DNA from: Psilocybe cubensis
Lineage: Eukaryota
NCBI GenBank assembly: GCA_017499595.2
Contig: CM039010.1
Coordinates: 1,488,001-1,552,000 of the forward strand
Length of the DNA stretch: 64,000 nucleotides
Reading direction: 5' to 3'
The stretch's first letter is position 1. Each line of letters starts with the position of its first letter. Position numbers and translations under genes: made by a program. Positions 14,341 through 27,608 of the stretch are shown here, one piece after another. Below the pieces are notes generated by a model, which made no database searches, was not told the origin of the DNA, and worked only from the letters and a program-made list of their open reading frames with translations.

Positions 14341-14720
14341 ATGATATCGTACTGCGCTGCTGCGGCCTATGCGCTGAAAATGGACCCTAGAGTAGGAGAA
14401 CACAGCCAGTACTGATTACTGGCTGTACTGCAATGATTATAATGGCAAACGGGAAAAGCCGGCTAGTATACTACAAATGAAAATTTGTAACACGCTTACG
14501 GGACACAGAAAATTCCCCTCCTTTACGAAGGATCAAGGGAGCGCGAGACTGCGAAGAGCACCCGTGTTTATCCAGGTCTATCCTCTATATAGTGAGATAC
14601 ATACCCAACCCCTGGAGACTGCGAATTATCAAAAAATGACTCACATTGTACGGGTATGAACTTGGCGCCCATATTCCACCAGGATAGAATCAGACGCAAG
14701 CCAAATTCACGGCGCACGCG
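14341..14720 (-). pseudogene. Degenerate 3' fragment of an aquaglyceroporin
   Basis: Reads RREFGLRLILS (cf. [11 protein letters not shown]), then frameshifted LVEYGRQVHTR (cf. [11 protein letters not shown]), then QYWLCSPTLGSIFSA*AAAAQYDI (cf. [24 protein letters not shown] at 18.6 kb). Contains a frameshift and a stop. Confidence 0.75.
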
Positions 14721-15519
14721 TGGTACTGGATGAAAATGCTGCAAACTTAGGAGGCGTAGGACCCACGCAAGTAGCGACCGCTTAAGAAACCCGCGTCGTG
14801 GGAATTTAATACGACATCCGGCGGGAAGAAGCGTTCGGCGTTCGCACACTCGAAGTTGACATCCAATCTGCGATGAAAGTGTCATCGGTGTATCCATGAT
14901 TTTCGACATTGCCTTACTTTTGCTCCGAGGCGACCTTTCGTACACCATATATTCTTTTCAGGATTCATGGCCGCTAAATGCCACAACATGATAGTCATGA
15001 TAATTTGTAATAACACCAGTAGGATTTAAGAATATCCCTCGAAATTTTTAGCGAGGTTGCAGAATGGAGTTCACAATGAAATAGTAGAGCTCGCGCAATC
15101 GGATCACGGAATTTACAATTGGGAATGAATACTCACAACTGCCGACGACTACAATTCCGATGCGGACCTCCGCGACGAGGGTGCAGTCGCGTTCGCACAG
15201 AACAAATGTCATAAGAAAGCCCAGCTGTGGCTTGTGCAGGTGTTCCCAGGATATACCACATCATAGAATCCCAAAGCTAGTACTGGCTATATTCGAATTT
15301 GAGTATGGTCAGTGTCATACTGTAAATATAAATTGAACATGAATGGCAAAGCATCCCGAAAGTTTATTATTTACAAGAAGCCGTCCCTAAACGAAGTCTC
15401 ATCCTGAGGCAAAAGAGAAACAACATATTTATGATAGATTTACTGAAACAAAAATAAACCGAAAATCCACCCCCAAAGATACCGCAATTTTAGCTACGTA
15501 CAGAAGACCACAACAAAGT

Positions 15520-16289
15520 TTAGTATATTCCTGGTATCAGCCGATAAGGCACTTTGCTTGCCCATTCATCCCATTTCTTTCCAAATCTCTTCTTCAACGC
15601 CCTATCTTCATTTGGCATCCTTGAAAGCGTCATGGCGGGAATTGGGATAACAAAAAATATGACAAATGTGGCGAGGGCAATGCGTCCTCCCGCGGAGTCC
15701 AGAAGCGCAGACTCCCTGATCCAGGATCCTTTCGTCCCATACCACAAGCCCCATCCAAGGTCGGCTAGCACGATACCGCTGTAGCTGGGATGTCGGACAT
15801 AAGCGTAAAGACCTGTTGTTACGAGTTCATGGTCTTTTTGAATACTGATGTCATAGCGGAAGAAACGGCCTAGATCCTGGTAGGTGTGCATCCTCATTAA
15901 ATATCCGCATATCCAAAGGAACGCCGCGAGGTAGCTCAACGGGTAGAGCTTGAGGTTGCTGGGGTTTCTTTTGTGGAAATAGCAGAGGTATAGTATCTGC
16001 TGTGACAAAGGCGACGAGGGATATGCATTGGCGATTATTGAGATAATCTCAACAGCACCGAGAACTGTCTGTGCAAGCTGGAACAGAATGGCTGTGAGCA
16101 CTCTAACATTGTCACCCAAGAGAACAAGTTTACCCTTGACATCTCAACTATGAAATTCCTGCCGGCTATCCAATCAATTTTGGAGCTAGCTACCAAATCT
16201 TCCTTTGCAGGTGCAGGGTTTGGAGCGGTAAACATAGCATTGAAAGTAAATGTTAAGATGCAGATGAGAGGGATCTTGGCAATCGACAT
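15520..16289 (-). CDS. Isoprenylcysteine carboxyl methyltransferase (ICMT/PEMT-family) membrane protein, 2 exons
   Basis: LGRFFRYDISIQKDHELVTTGLYAYVRHPSYSG and EDRALKKRFGKKWDEWASKVPYRLIPGIY. ATG 16289, intron about 16078-16133. Confidence 0.88.
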
Positions 16290-18450
16290 TGTGGGCCAAG
16301 TGAGGAATACGATGTAAATGTAACATTTTATATATGATTGAAGTACTGGACTGTGTGACCTCACTACAACATCTTCTCATGGACTTACAGCCGATTCCCG
16401 GGTGGGTTAAAATATTTTGCTGCTTCTTCCTTGAAGGTAAAAATTTCGGCTTTCAAGACCCAATAATGATAGTAAAAGAATCGAGCACTTCCGACATTGG
16501 TGTGAGATTTCTCAAAGCTAGACTCCCAGGCAACTCGTGAATAGGTGCCAAAAGTTAGAGTTGTGTCTTATTCTAAAATCGTACATTGTGTATCCGACCA
16601 ATGTAAGCTTGTGCCGAAGGGTACAGGTATGATCCTTGAACAAAATCTCTTGGCCTTAGATTATTTTAGTTCAGTCCGGCGGACAGGCTCTTGAATCAGG
16701 TACAGTTATTCACTTGTATCTTGAAATAGTTTCGCAATTTGGGCACGGATACATCAGCAAAGATTAGAAAATTCTTCTACGAGCATTACGACTGCCTGAA
16801 CTGGTCCAATCGGATCTTGGAAAAACATAATTAACCAGTACCCTACGGTTGGTTGGTATCGCGTACACTTGTTTTGCTCACTGCCATATCACTAGAATTC
16901 CAGGGAAAAGGTACAAATAACATTCTGTGTATATGCTAGGCCAGTGTTTGAATACTGTCTTGCAGTCTATCGGAGATGTATGTATTGACTTACATCGCCG
17001 CCTAAAAGAACCATTCAGAGAGATCCATTTTTACTGTCAAAGCCGGCAAAGGCGCTTTCGAGTGTTGTGATAACCATCAATCCCCGCCGCCATACCCTTA
17101 CAGATAACAGTTTTATCAAGGCTTATGTTTCGCTATGATAAGGTTTGCTATTTTCGCGCGGCAGAAATGTGCAATCTAGCATGTACGAAGTTCATTCCCC
17201 CACGCCATGCCGGGTCACACACTAACATTCTCCGACGTGCCGAAAAAGAGCCACCGAGTTCATATCACCCATACTATCTTCAACCAAACTTGAGGTTATA
17301 TCAAATATTTGCGTATCAGAGACCCCATTCCGACTGATGCACTCGGTAGAATTTCCCCCCTTGCATCATCCCAGACCAAATCACAGACTCTGTGCAATTA
17401 TTTTCGGCACGGTTGGCACATTCTCCCACGCGTATGATGGCGGCAGCGTGTCTCGACCTTGCTCTCCCAACTTAAAAGCAAGGGCCAACAGCACATTTCT
17501 TCACGGTCCTCCTTGGAGCCTTGAAACTTTATTTCCCAACACAGGACACTTTTTCTCAAATTTAAATTTGTAATCATGTACTACAAGCAGAATCCTGTAT
17601 CTAATTATATTATGGTAAAAAAGTATTTTTAAAAAGAACGGATTGCTGATTATGCTCTTTTAATATCGTTCAAAATCAGCTCTCAAGTGGTCTCTGTCAT
17701 CAGCCGTTTTTGTTTATTTTCGTAAAATCTTGCTTAGCCACGTATCGGCATGGTTAAAAGCCCTATCGGGCGTACAATGGGCCGTGTCCTACATCATTTT
17801 GTGGAAGCATATTTCACATCTACACATCAATCTTTGCGGTCTGATATTGAATCGCGAATACTACAACTAGGTAGACGGTCTACCTAGTTTTCAGTATCCG
17901 GAACACATCAATCTAATGTTTTCCACCACTAAATAAAGGCAAAACCCTTGTTGAGTACCGCTGTGCTGTGTGATTCCTATAAGAAATAGACTCCATGTCA
18001 AATTCGCGCAGTATACAGCTGGAATCTGACTTACGGCTTCCAAGTTTCTCATCATTATTATGTTTGTTGACAGAGTCAAATAACAGTTAAACCCAACTAC
18101 GACAATCCCTCAAGCAACAAGGTACAGTCCAACAATAAACCATAAAGATTAATAGGGGGTGGACAGTGTACACCTGATGGAACCCTCTTCGCTTTCTATG
18201 TCCTCCTCTTCAATTGCTCCACCACCGCTTCCAGTGTCATAACTTCCTAGAGATAAGTACGAATGTATAGGTTCCAGAAGTACCAGTCCACCTCGAATCG
18301 AATCTGCTGTCCCGCGAACGACAGAAATGAACTTGGTCGCCGGATGACTCTTATTGGTGACAGTCCGTCGCAATCCTCTTGCTACTACTAAGCATATGAT
18401 ATCCACAGAAAAAAAGTGTATATGTCAGTATACACACATCCAAAAATTCC

Positions 18451-20692
18451 TTATCGCCTAACGCCGATGGACTTCAACGTGCAAATGGGAATGAAAGAAT
18501 GGTCATGGAACACACTCACAGCAGCTGACACTGGCGCTGGCAACGACGCCCCCGGTCCAGATGCATACCTCCCTACCCCATCTCCGCCGCTCAAGTCGTA
18601 CTCCCACTCCTGCAAAGTGATGTCGTACAAAGCGGCTGCGGCCTGTGCGCCAAGGATGGACCCTAGAATAGGACACCACAACCAATATTGACTGTTATAT
18701 AAGTGTATTATAGTGGATGATTAGCATCATGCTGTAAGTGCCTATATGCAATTTTGTATGCATGTGTGTCAAGGCAATGTGAATGTAAACGGGAAACTCC
18801 GTTTGATCTGCACTGTCACCACAAATGAAATTGGGTAACGTAGATGTGCAAACATTGAATATTGAATATTGACACCTTGAAAGAGCCTTACAGCCCTGCA
18901 GAGACAATTTGCCTGCCAGCCTCATGATCAAAGGATCAACGGAGAGTTCTATCAACCCCAGCAACCCAAATGCAACAAATTGAAAAAAAAAAAACGAAAA
19001 CAACTCACTTTCTATACGTGTATACCTTCCGTCCATATCCAACCATGGACAACAACAACCTAGGCCCAAAATCTCGCGCGGGGTTGAACGAGAACGCTAT
19101 CAGTCATTGTCATGTTATTACCAGTCATTTTTTATCATTGTCAATGCCCCGTTCGCAAAGTCGACGAACGCACCTGTCTGCATACCCAACGCCGCCCCAA
19201 GCCCAAGTAGCGTGAGAAAGAGCACGAGGGGGAGAAGACCGCGCGGGGGCGCGGCGCTGTTCTTTTTGTCTGTCGTAGCTATGATTGTGAACGCTAACAC
19301 GGCTGTACCGAGAAACTCGGAGAAGAAGCATGATGCGGATGACATGTAGTCTAGCTGGGCTCGGTCAAAAAATACGGAGGAGGAGGAAAAAGAAAAGGGA
19401 TTAGGATTTGGGATTTTGGATTTTGGATTGAGATCGAGAATGGGGTGGTCGGGGTGCTTACCGCGAAACTCGAGAAAAATCCAGCGGTCGCTAACGTTCT
19501 CACACCGCGCCCGCCCTCAACAATATCAATCGCGCGCGCGTACTGCGCGTACACCAGTGCTGCGCCCACGAGCGCGCCCATAGTCTGCGCGAGGATGTAC
19601 ACTGCCGACAATTGAATGAACAAAGTGAATAAAATGTATGAAATGAATAAAATGAATAAATCGGGGTTAATGCTCGATGCGTTATCCAAGTACTCGAGTA
19701 CTGGATATGTTTTGAATGCATGTATAGGTGTGGGTACGTACTTGGAACTTTACGCCATGGGAATCTGCGTCTGGCTGCTAGAGCTAGAGTAATCTACGAC
19801 CGACCGACCAACCAAAAAGAGCAGGAATGCAAGACCAAGACGGTATACGATCATCGCGATGTAAATGAAAACAACCTCTGTATCAGTATTGCGTTTACAG
19901 CGTATAGTACTACTAGTACTATTACTAGCAATAGCAAACGGTGGGAGGTTGGACTGACTCACCGATGGGTTAACATGCCCGCCTGAGATCCCGCCGCTGA
20001 TCCAAACAGCCATCGCCAGCCCTATAATATAAATATCCATACCATGATATAACAGTAAACAGTAAGCATACGAGAACGAGTATACACATATACGTAGTAG
20101 CAGTCCAACCAACGCGCATTCGAGAATCCCAAAAGAATCGAAACAAACAAAGAGTAAAAAGTAAGAATAAAACTCACCGATCCCCCATCCAAAATTCGTC
20201 GATATATATTCCTACACGTACAAAAAAAAGTACAACTATAAGTAGTAAGGTACTCAAGTAAACTTGTAAAATGCCTACATACCCCTTTCCTAGAAGCTAC
20301 GACCCTGGTATCAGCCGACACCCCGACCTGCGCGTCCGCGCCCGCTCCGAAAATTACGAATATGGCGACTGCAAGGAACTCTGCCATCGGCTCACGGAGT
20401 GCGTTTCTATACAGTAGATTAAACTCAGTTTCAGTTGAGTAAGGTGTGAATTGGAAGTTGAAGTTGAGAGGTGAAAGGTGAAAGGTGAAGGGTGAGAGGT
20501 GAAAGGTGCAATGAAGGGTGCGTACCGTATCCTCGAAAGCATTGACAACGCGCCCCGGCTACGGCTGGTGGTGGTAGGTTTACTCGTGCGGATACCAGTG
20601 ACACTGACAGCAGGCATCGAATTTTCGGGTTCGTACTTGAAAGTCTTCGATTCAAATTCAGACTTGGAGATATCAATGTCAGAGGAGAGCAT
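18451..20692 (-). CDS. Aquaglyceroporin (MIP family) AQP-B; 3' end uncertain
   Basis: Exons [62 protein letters not shown]. Intron positions match AQP-A. A further intron after ~18520 is possible. Confidence 0.88.
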
Positions 20693-21819
20693 GATTAGCA
20701 GGTGTAAACGGAGAAAGGAGAGAGAACCAAAGTGCGTCTCTGCGACTCTGCGTATGCCTGTATGTAAGTTTTAGTATCCACTCATCAGACGCCGATAATT
20801 CTCAAGCTCTTAAATACACTCGGACTCGGACTCGGATTCGAACTTGAATCTGACAAGAAAGCAAAGGCAGCAAATGCATCGTGCATCGTGCATCGAACAG
20901 GGCAGCCTGAGTCTAGTCCGAAAAATCCAGCACCAAAGCCAGAATGCCACACACGACACAGCACAACACCACACTGTCTTGTGCCCTGCGTCTGACATCT
21001 TGCGTCTTGCGTCTTGCGTCCTGCGTCTGGTACATCGAAGGACAAACACCAACGCTGCCCACATTCCTTCCGCCCGAATATTATCTATCATCTGGATTGT
21101 GTATTCAGCCTGTCGACACTGTTCTCTTCTGTTCTCTTCGCTAGGTAAGACGGTCGGGTGTGTGGCAATGATAAATTGGTAATCGAGGGTAGTACGTGCG
21201 GTGGACTGGCGATAGCTTTTAGTTTAGTTTGCAGCAGCTTGTAGTAGATTGCAGCCCAAATACACCTGTAAAACCGCGCACGACCACGACACAGCACGAC
21301 AACGACAACGACGCAAAAGGTGCACAAATTCCAGAACCTAGAGCATCCCGGCTCTTTTTCTTGTTCTTGCTCTTGCTCCCGCGTGCCATGTGCAGTGTGC
21401 CATGTGCCATGTGCAAATTGTCAGATTCAAAAAGTGAAAGAAAGGAAAGAAAAGGATCGACGACTCTGAAAATAGAATGTTCATTTAATCGATGAACCAC
21501 GATGCAGATGCACGACGATGTGATGTGATGTGCACGATGTGATACTATATGCGATAAACGATGAGCTCTGAGCGTCGGATAAGCAGATGGCTCTAACCTC
21601 TCACACCTAAACTTCAAGTTAAACTTCAAGCTCCAACATCAATTACAAACTCTCTCGAACACCCTCTCGCGCTAAAAGTTAAAAGTTAATAAAGATTAAA
21701 GGTAAAACAGTCTAAAAAATTAATTTGACATTTACATTTACATTTTACATTCACATATGTGCGCGGAATTTTTGGAGTGGAAAGTGGAAAGTGGATTACG
21801 ATTCCTACCCCGCGATAAT

Positions 21820-22610
21820 CATAGTGTTCACACCACACTACAAAGTGCACACTACACACTACACACTACACTACATAGTGTATTGTGCATTGTGCATGGT
21901 CAGCAGTGTGCATGGTCAGCGGTGTATAAAGTGATCACGATCGCAAAATGATGAATCAGGACTCGGAACTGGGAGTCGGAAATTGGGATCGATGGTTCGG
22001 TCAGGTTGAAGTCCTGAAGCGAAGTCCTGAAGCGAAGTCCTGAAGTTTGAAGTTTGAAGTCTTGAGGCCTGAAGCTTGAAGTCCGGAAGCCTGAGGCCTG
22101 AAGCTTGAAATCCTGAGGCCTGAAGCTTGAAGTCCGGATGCCTGAGGCCTGAAGCTTGAAGTCCTGAAGTCCTGAAAATTCGGGACACCAGCCTCCACAG
22201 ATAATTTGTTTGGATCGATCAAATCTCCCGAGGCTGAGTCCGAGTCCGAATTTCAACATTTTTTCAGTATTAGTGTTCACAGTTCACACCACACTCTGCA
22301 CACTACACAGTGCACAGTGCACAGTGCATGGTGCGTGGTTAGAAGTGTATAAAGTGATCACAATCGCAAAATGATGAATCAGGACTCGGAACTGGCAGTC
22401 GGAAATTGGGATCGATGGTTCGGTCAGGTTGAAGTCCTGAAGCGAAGTCCTGAAGTTTGAAGTTTGAAGTCCTGAGGCCTGAAGCTTGAAACTTGAAGTC
22501 CGGATGCCTGAGGCCTGAAATCCTGAAGTCCTGAAGTCCGGAAGTCCGGAAGCTTGAAGAAGTTCGGAAGTCCTGAAGCTTGAAATCCTGAAAATTCGGG
22601 GCACAAGCCT
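21820..22610. repeat. Internally duplicated composite repeat built from GAAGTCCT/GAAGCTT/CCTGAGG units (second copy at ~25110-25880)
   Basis: Two ~420-bp subunits, each with gtgtataaagtgatcac..caaaatgatgaatcaggactcgg followed by a gaagtcct/gaagctt/cctgagg array. Confidence 0.85.
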
Positions 22611-22709
22611 CAACAGATATTTTGTTTGTTTTCGTGCAGGGTGGCGCGTGGCTTCACAGAATCACTGAAATTAAATCACAGAGTCAGAGTAAGAGTCACA
22701 GAACCAGGA

Positions 22710-23120
22710 TCACACATCTCGGACACATCGACACATCGACATGTCTGAATATCAACATCAACATATCGAAGAGTATCATCATCGACATATCGAAGCATCG
22801 AGATATCGAAGGATCGATGTATCAGGCGTGGATTATGGATTATGGATTAAATCTGATATCTCTGAGCACGGAGAATGTGACGACTCACTAGTCGAGCTGC
22901 CAGTGTCGTGTGCCGTCCAGAAATCCAAAACTCGCAAACTCGAAAATTGAGTCACATCTCGGACACATCGACATATCGAAGAAATTGCCTCGTCCCATAT
23001 CAAAGTATCGACATCGACATCTCGAAGAAGTACCAACATGGACATATCGAGGTATCATCGTCGACATCTCGAAGAGTATCATCGTCGATATATCGAAGGA
23101 TCGATGTATCAGGCGTGGAT
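22710..23120. repeat. TCGA-rich composite repeat (second copy at ~25960-26490)
   Basis: Dense acatcgacatatcgaag / gaaggatcgatgtatcaggc units in two subunits. Confidence 0.8.
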
Positions 23121-23657
23121 TATATCGGATATCTCTGACCATGGCGCCATGGCGAGTGTAACGACCAGTCGAATTGAGGCTACTAGGTCGTGTCGAGTCG
23201 TGTCGTATGCTGTCCAGAAATCCAGAAATCGAAAACTCGAATCGTAAATCGTGGATGATGTTGATCGCCGTGCAAGTGAGGTTCAAGTTGAAAGCAAAGA
23301 CTCAAGCCTAGAGAGAGGGGCACAGTAGCAAGCCAATAACCTCAAATATCAACAGAGCCAAATACAAATTACAAATGACGACCCGCGTGCCGAAAGGCGA
23401 AGAGGGTTTGTCTCCGAGTTTGTCTCCGAGTCCAAACGCTGCTTTCTTTCTTGGTCATCAGCTTCTTGCTCCTAGTCCTCGTCTCCAAGGGGGTCCAATC
23501 TCTCCAGAAGCCAGAACCAATCTACGCCAATTCAGTTAAGTTAAGTAAGATGTGAATTGGACGTTGAAGTTGAGAGCAAGTTGAGAGGTGAAAGGTGAAA
23601 GGTGCAGTAAAGGTGCAGTAAAGGTGAAAGGTGAAGGGTGCAGTGAAGGGTGCGTAC

Positions 23658-23824
23658 CGTATCCTCGAAAGCATTGACAACGCGCCCCGGCTACGGCTGG
23701 TGGTGGTAGGTTTACTCGTGCGGATACCAGTGACACTGACAGCAGGCATCGAATTTTCGGGTTCGTACTTGAAAGTCTTCGATTCAAATTCAGACTTGGA
23801 GATATCAATTTCAGAGGAAAGCAT
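23658..23824 (-). other. Duplicate of AQP-B exon 1 (orphan or alternative first exon)
   Basis: 167 nt, only 2 substitutions versus 20526-20692; ATG and GTACGC donor retained. Confidence 0.85.
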
Positions 23825-24720
23825 GATTCGCAGGCGTAAACGGAGAAAGGACGAAAAGTGCGTCTCTGCGTATATCTGGCTGCCTGTGTGTCTGTTCTAG
23901 TACCCACTCATCAGACGCCGATAATCCTCAAGCTCTTAAATACACTCGGAAACGTATTCAAACGTGAATCCGACAAGAAAGCAAATGCATCGAACAGGGC
24001 AGCCGGAGTCTAGTCCGAAAAATCCAGCACCAAAGCCAGAATGCCACACACGACACACGACACACTCACACTCACACTCGTGTCTTGCGCCTTGCGTCTT
24101 CCGTCCTGCGTCTGGTACATCGAAGGACAAACACCAACGCTGCCCACAGTCCTTCTGTCCGAATATTATCTATCATCTGGATTGTGTATTCAGCCTGTCG
24201 ACACTGTTCTGTTCTGTTCTCTTCGCTAGGTAAGACGGTCGGGTGTGTGGCAATGGTAAGTTGGTAATCGAGGGTAGTACGTGCGGTGGACTGGCGATAG
24301 TTTTTAGTTTGTAGCTTGTAGCCTGCAGCCCAAAAAAAGACGCGGAAAAGACACGGACAAAAACGCACACGAGCGTGAGTCCGTGACGCGAAAGATGCCC
24401 ACAGCATAGCACAGACGTGCTCAGTGACAGATACAAAAAAAGAGGATCGAGGATCGACGACTCTGAAAATAGGATGTTGGATGTTGATTTAATCGATGAA
24501 CCACGATGCACGTTGATGCGATGAGCGTCGAATAAGCAGACCGTAGATGGCTGTTCAACGTTCAAGCTCCAACCATCAATTGCAAGCTTTGTTGGGACAA
24601 CCTTTCGCGCGCTAAAAACTAGAAGCTAAAACTTAAAACTTAAAACTTAAAATTAATCCAGTCAAAAAGTTAGTTTGCATTTACATTTACATATATGCGC
24701 TGAATTTTTGAAGTGGAGAG

Positions 24721-24769
24721 TGGAAAGTGGAAAGTGGAAAGTGGAAAGTGGAAAGTGGAAAGTGGAAAG
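24721..24769. repeat. (TGGAAAG)7 heptamer microsatellite
   Basis: Seven perfect units; the paralogous site at ~21775-21793 has only 2-3. Confidence 0.95.
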
Positions 24770-26922
24770 TGGATCGTACCACGCGATATTGCGATATTAT
24801 AATCGCAAAATGTCGAGTTCGAGTACGAGGCTGAGGCTGAGGCTGAGGAGCCTGGCGTGCCGCGTGCGCCCGTACACATGCATACATACCGCTAGGCTCT
24901 AGCGCCGTTTTGTCCTGCTTTTTTTTAGCGCTTGATCATCGATCGAGTACAATGGGACGATGGTACGATAACCACACGAGAACCAGCGAGCTCGATCTCC
25001 AGACCTGTACACTGTACACTGTGCACAATCCAGAAGTCATCAAATCGATAAACCGATCGATCAAATCTCCCGAGGCTGAGTCCGAGTCCGAATTTCAACA
25101 TTTTTTCATTATTAGTGTTCACACCACACTACAAAGTGCACACTACACACTACACACTACACTGCACACTATACAGTGCACAGTGCATGGTCATGGTGCA
25201 TGGTGCGTGGTTAGCGGTGTATAAAGTGATCACGATCGCAAAATGATGAATCAGGACTCGGGACTCGGGACGCGGATCGGAAATTGGGATCGATGATTCG
25301 GTCAGGTTGAAGTCCTGAAGCGAAGTCCTGAAGCGAAGTCCTGAAGTTTGAAGTTTGAAGTCCTGAGGCCTGAAGCTTGAAGTCCGGAAGCCTGAGGCCT
25401 GAAGCTTGAAATCCTGAGGCCTGAAGCTTGAAATCCGGATGCCTGAGGCCTGAAGCTTGAAGTCCTGAAGTCCTGAAAATTCGGGACACCAGCCTCCACA
25501 GATAATTTGTTTGGATCGATCAAATCTCCCGAGGCTGAGTCCGAGTCCGAATTTCAACATTTTTTCAGTATTAGTGTTCACAGTTCACACCACACTCTGC
25601 ACACTACACAGTGCACAGTGCACAGTGCATGGTGCGTGGTTAGAAGTGTATAAAGTGATCACAATCGCAAAATGATGAATCAGGACTCGGAACTGGGAGT
25701 CGGAAATTGGGATCGATGGTTCGGTCAGGTTGAAGTCCTGAAGCGACGTCCTAAAGTCCGGAAGCCTGAGACCTGAAATTTGAAGTTCGGAGGCCTGAGG
25801 CCTGAAGACATTCCTGAAGCCTGAAGACCTGAAGACCTGAAAACATAATCCTGATAATTCGGGGCACCAGCCTCCACAGATAATTTACCTGTTTTCCGTG
25901 CAGCGTGGCTTCACAGAGTCAGAACCAGAATCACAGAAAATCAAATCAAATCAAATCAAATCACATCTCGGACACATCGACACGTCGACATGTCTGAGTA
26001 TCAGCATCGCCATATCGAAGTATCGACTCGAGAGTATCAGCATCGACATATCGACATATCGAAGCATCGACATATCGAGATATCGAAGCATCGAGATATC
26101 GAAGTATCGATGTATCGAAGTATCGAAGGATCGATGTATCAGGCCTGGATTATGGATTATGGATTATGGATTAAATCTGATATCTCTGAGCACGGAGAAT
26201 GTGACAACTCACGAGTCTCGTCGAGCGCGAGCTGCCAGTGTCGTGTGCTGTCCAGAACACCAGAAATCGAAAACTTGAAAACTTGAAAACTTGAATCACA
26301 TCTCGGACATCTCGGACACATCTCCACATCGACATATCGAAGAAAATGCATCGTCCCGTATCGAAATATCGACATCGACATCTCGAAGAAGTACCAACAT
26401 GGACATATCGAGGTATCAGCATCATCGTCGACATCTCGAAGTATCGGAGTATCATCGTCGATATATCGAAGGATCGATGTATCAGGCATGGAGTCGAGGA
26501 TACGTCGTGTAGTGTGCTGTCCAGAACTCGAAAACTGCTGACCAGAAAAGATCGTGTGACGTGCATCGTAAATCGTGGGATATGGAGTAAATTGCATCCT
26601 TGTCCTTGTCCAGAAATTGGGAAGGATGGAGGTAGGATGTAGGATGTAGGATGGGCAAAGGATGGGAAGATAAAGATCCGGCAGCAAGCCAACAGCTTTA
26701 AATAGCAACAGAGCCAAATACAAATGACAAATGACGACCCGCGTGCCGAAAAGCGAAGAGGGTTTGTCTCCGAGTTTGTCTCCGAGTCCAAACGCTACTT
26801 TGTTTCTTTCTTGGTCATCGGCCCTCGTTCTTGTTTCTCGTCTCCAAGGGGTCCAATCCCCAGAATCCATAATCCAGAACTCAGAACCCAGAAGCCAGAA
26901 GAAGCCAATCTACACCTACAAA

Positions 26923-27309
26923 ATGTCTGTCGGTACACCAAGCCGCCAGGCGATTCTGAGCCTGTACCATAACATGCTGCGCACGTCGCAGTCGTTCAGC
27001 TCGTACAACTTCCGCGAGTACTTTGTGCGGCGCACAAAGGACACGTTCCGCGCTATCCAGGTGAGCGTCGCTCTCTCTCTACACATCCCGCACAGCGTGG
27101 TGCTGAGCTGAGCTGGTATTTGATTTTGCTTGCAGAACGAATCGGACCCTGAGCGCGTACGCTCGCTCTACTCTGACGCCGTCAGAGAAAGCACTGTGCT
27201 CCGCCGCAGTGCCATCGTCAACCAGCTATATGGTGGTTGGAAGCTCGCTGTCGAGGTCCAGGATAAGCAGAAGCAATCGGATTCGACGCTTGAGCGGGCG
27301 GACTCGTAA
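26923..27309 (+). CDS. ISD11: LYR-motif protein Isd11/LYRM4 (Fe-S cluster assembly), 2 exons
   Basis: AILSLYHNMLRTSQSFSSYNFREYFVRRTKDTFR, intron 27061-27135, then VLRRSAIVNQLYGGWKLAVE. Confidence 0.92.
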
Positions 27310-27608
27310 ACACTTTTTCTTTGGTGGAAGCTTGACAATATGGCTGGGACCGGAGCACGCAGGGAAGGGAAGGGAAGGGAAGGGCAGAGAGGAGAGATAC
27401 GCAGCAAGTTCCATGCCGGATGGAACGAGACGCAAAGCCTCGAATACAAGTCGTCGACTCTTTGCACAAAAAATCTGTATAGACAAGTGGTGTATGATAA
27501 CTAGCAGCGCCTTGCAATTTCACTTGCTCTTCCTCCCCTCCTAAGTATCAAACTGGCAAATTACATGCGATGCGCCTTTTAATGTATTCAACATCTCCCC
27601 TCTTTTTC

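Larger units (their letters stand above)
20430..23526. repeat. Tandem segmental duplication, copy 1 (~3.1 kb; AQP-B exon 1 to the ISD11-proximal region)
   Basis: Colinear with 23530-26914 from aaggtgtgaattgg (20441 vs 23547) to ccagaagccagaa..ccaatctac (23525 vs 26913). Confidence 0.9.
23530..26914. repeat. Tandem segmental duplication, copy 2 (~3.4 kb)
   Basis: Same blocks in the same order as copy 1; ends just before the ISD11 ATG. Confidence 0.9.

Noticed and set aside
21820-25880. Repeated blocks separated by variable sequence, superficially CRISPR-like
   Set aside because: Eukaryotic locus, no constant-length unique spacers and no cas genes; explained by nested tandem duplications.
21900-26870. 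Many ORFs with repetitive translations (QASGL, RTSSFRPQ, IDISK, etc.)
   Set aside because: They are translations of stop-poor tandem repeats, open in several frames at once, with no coding signature.
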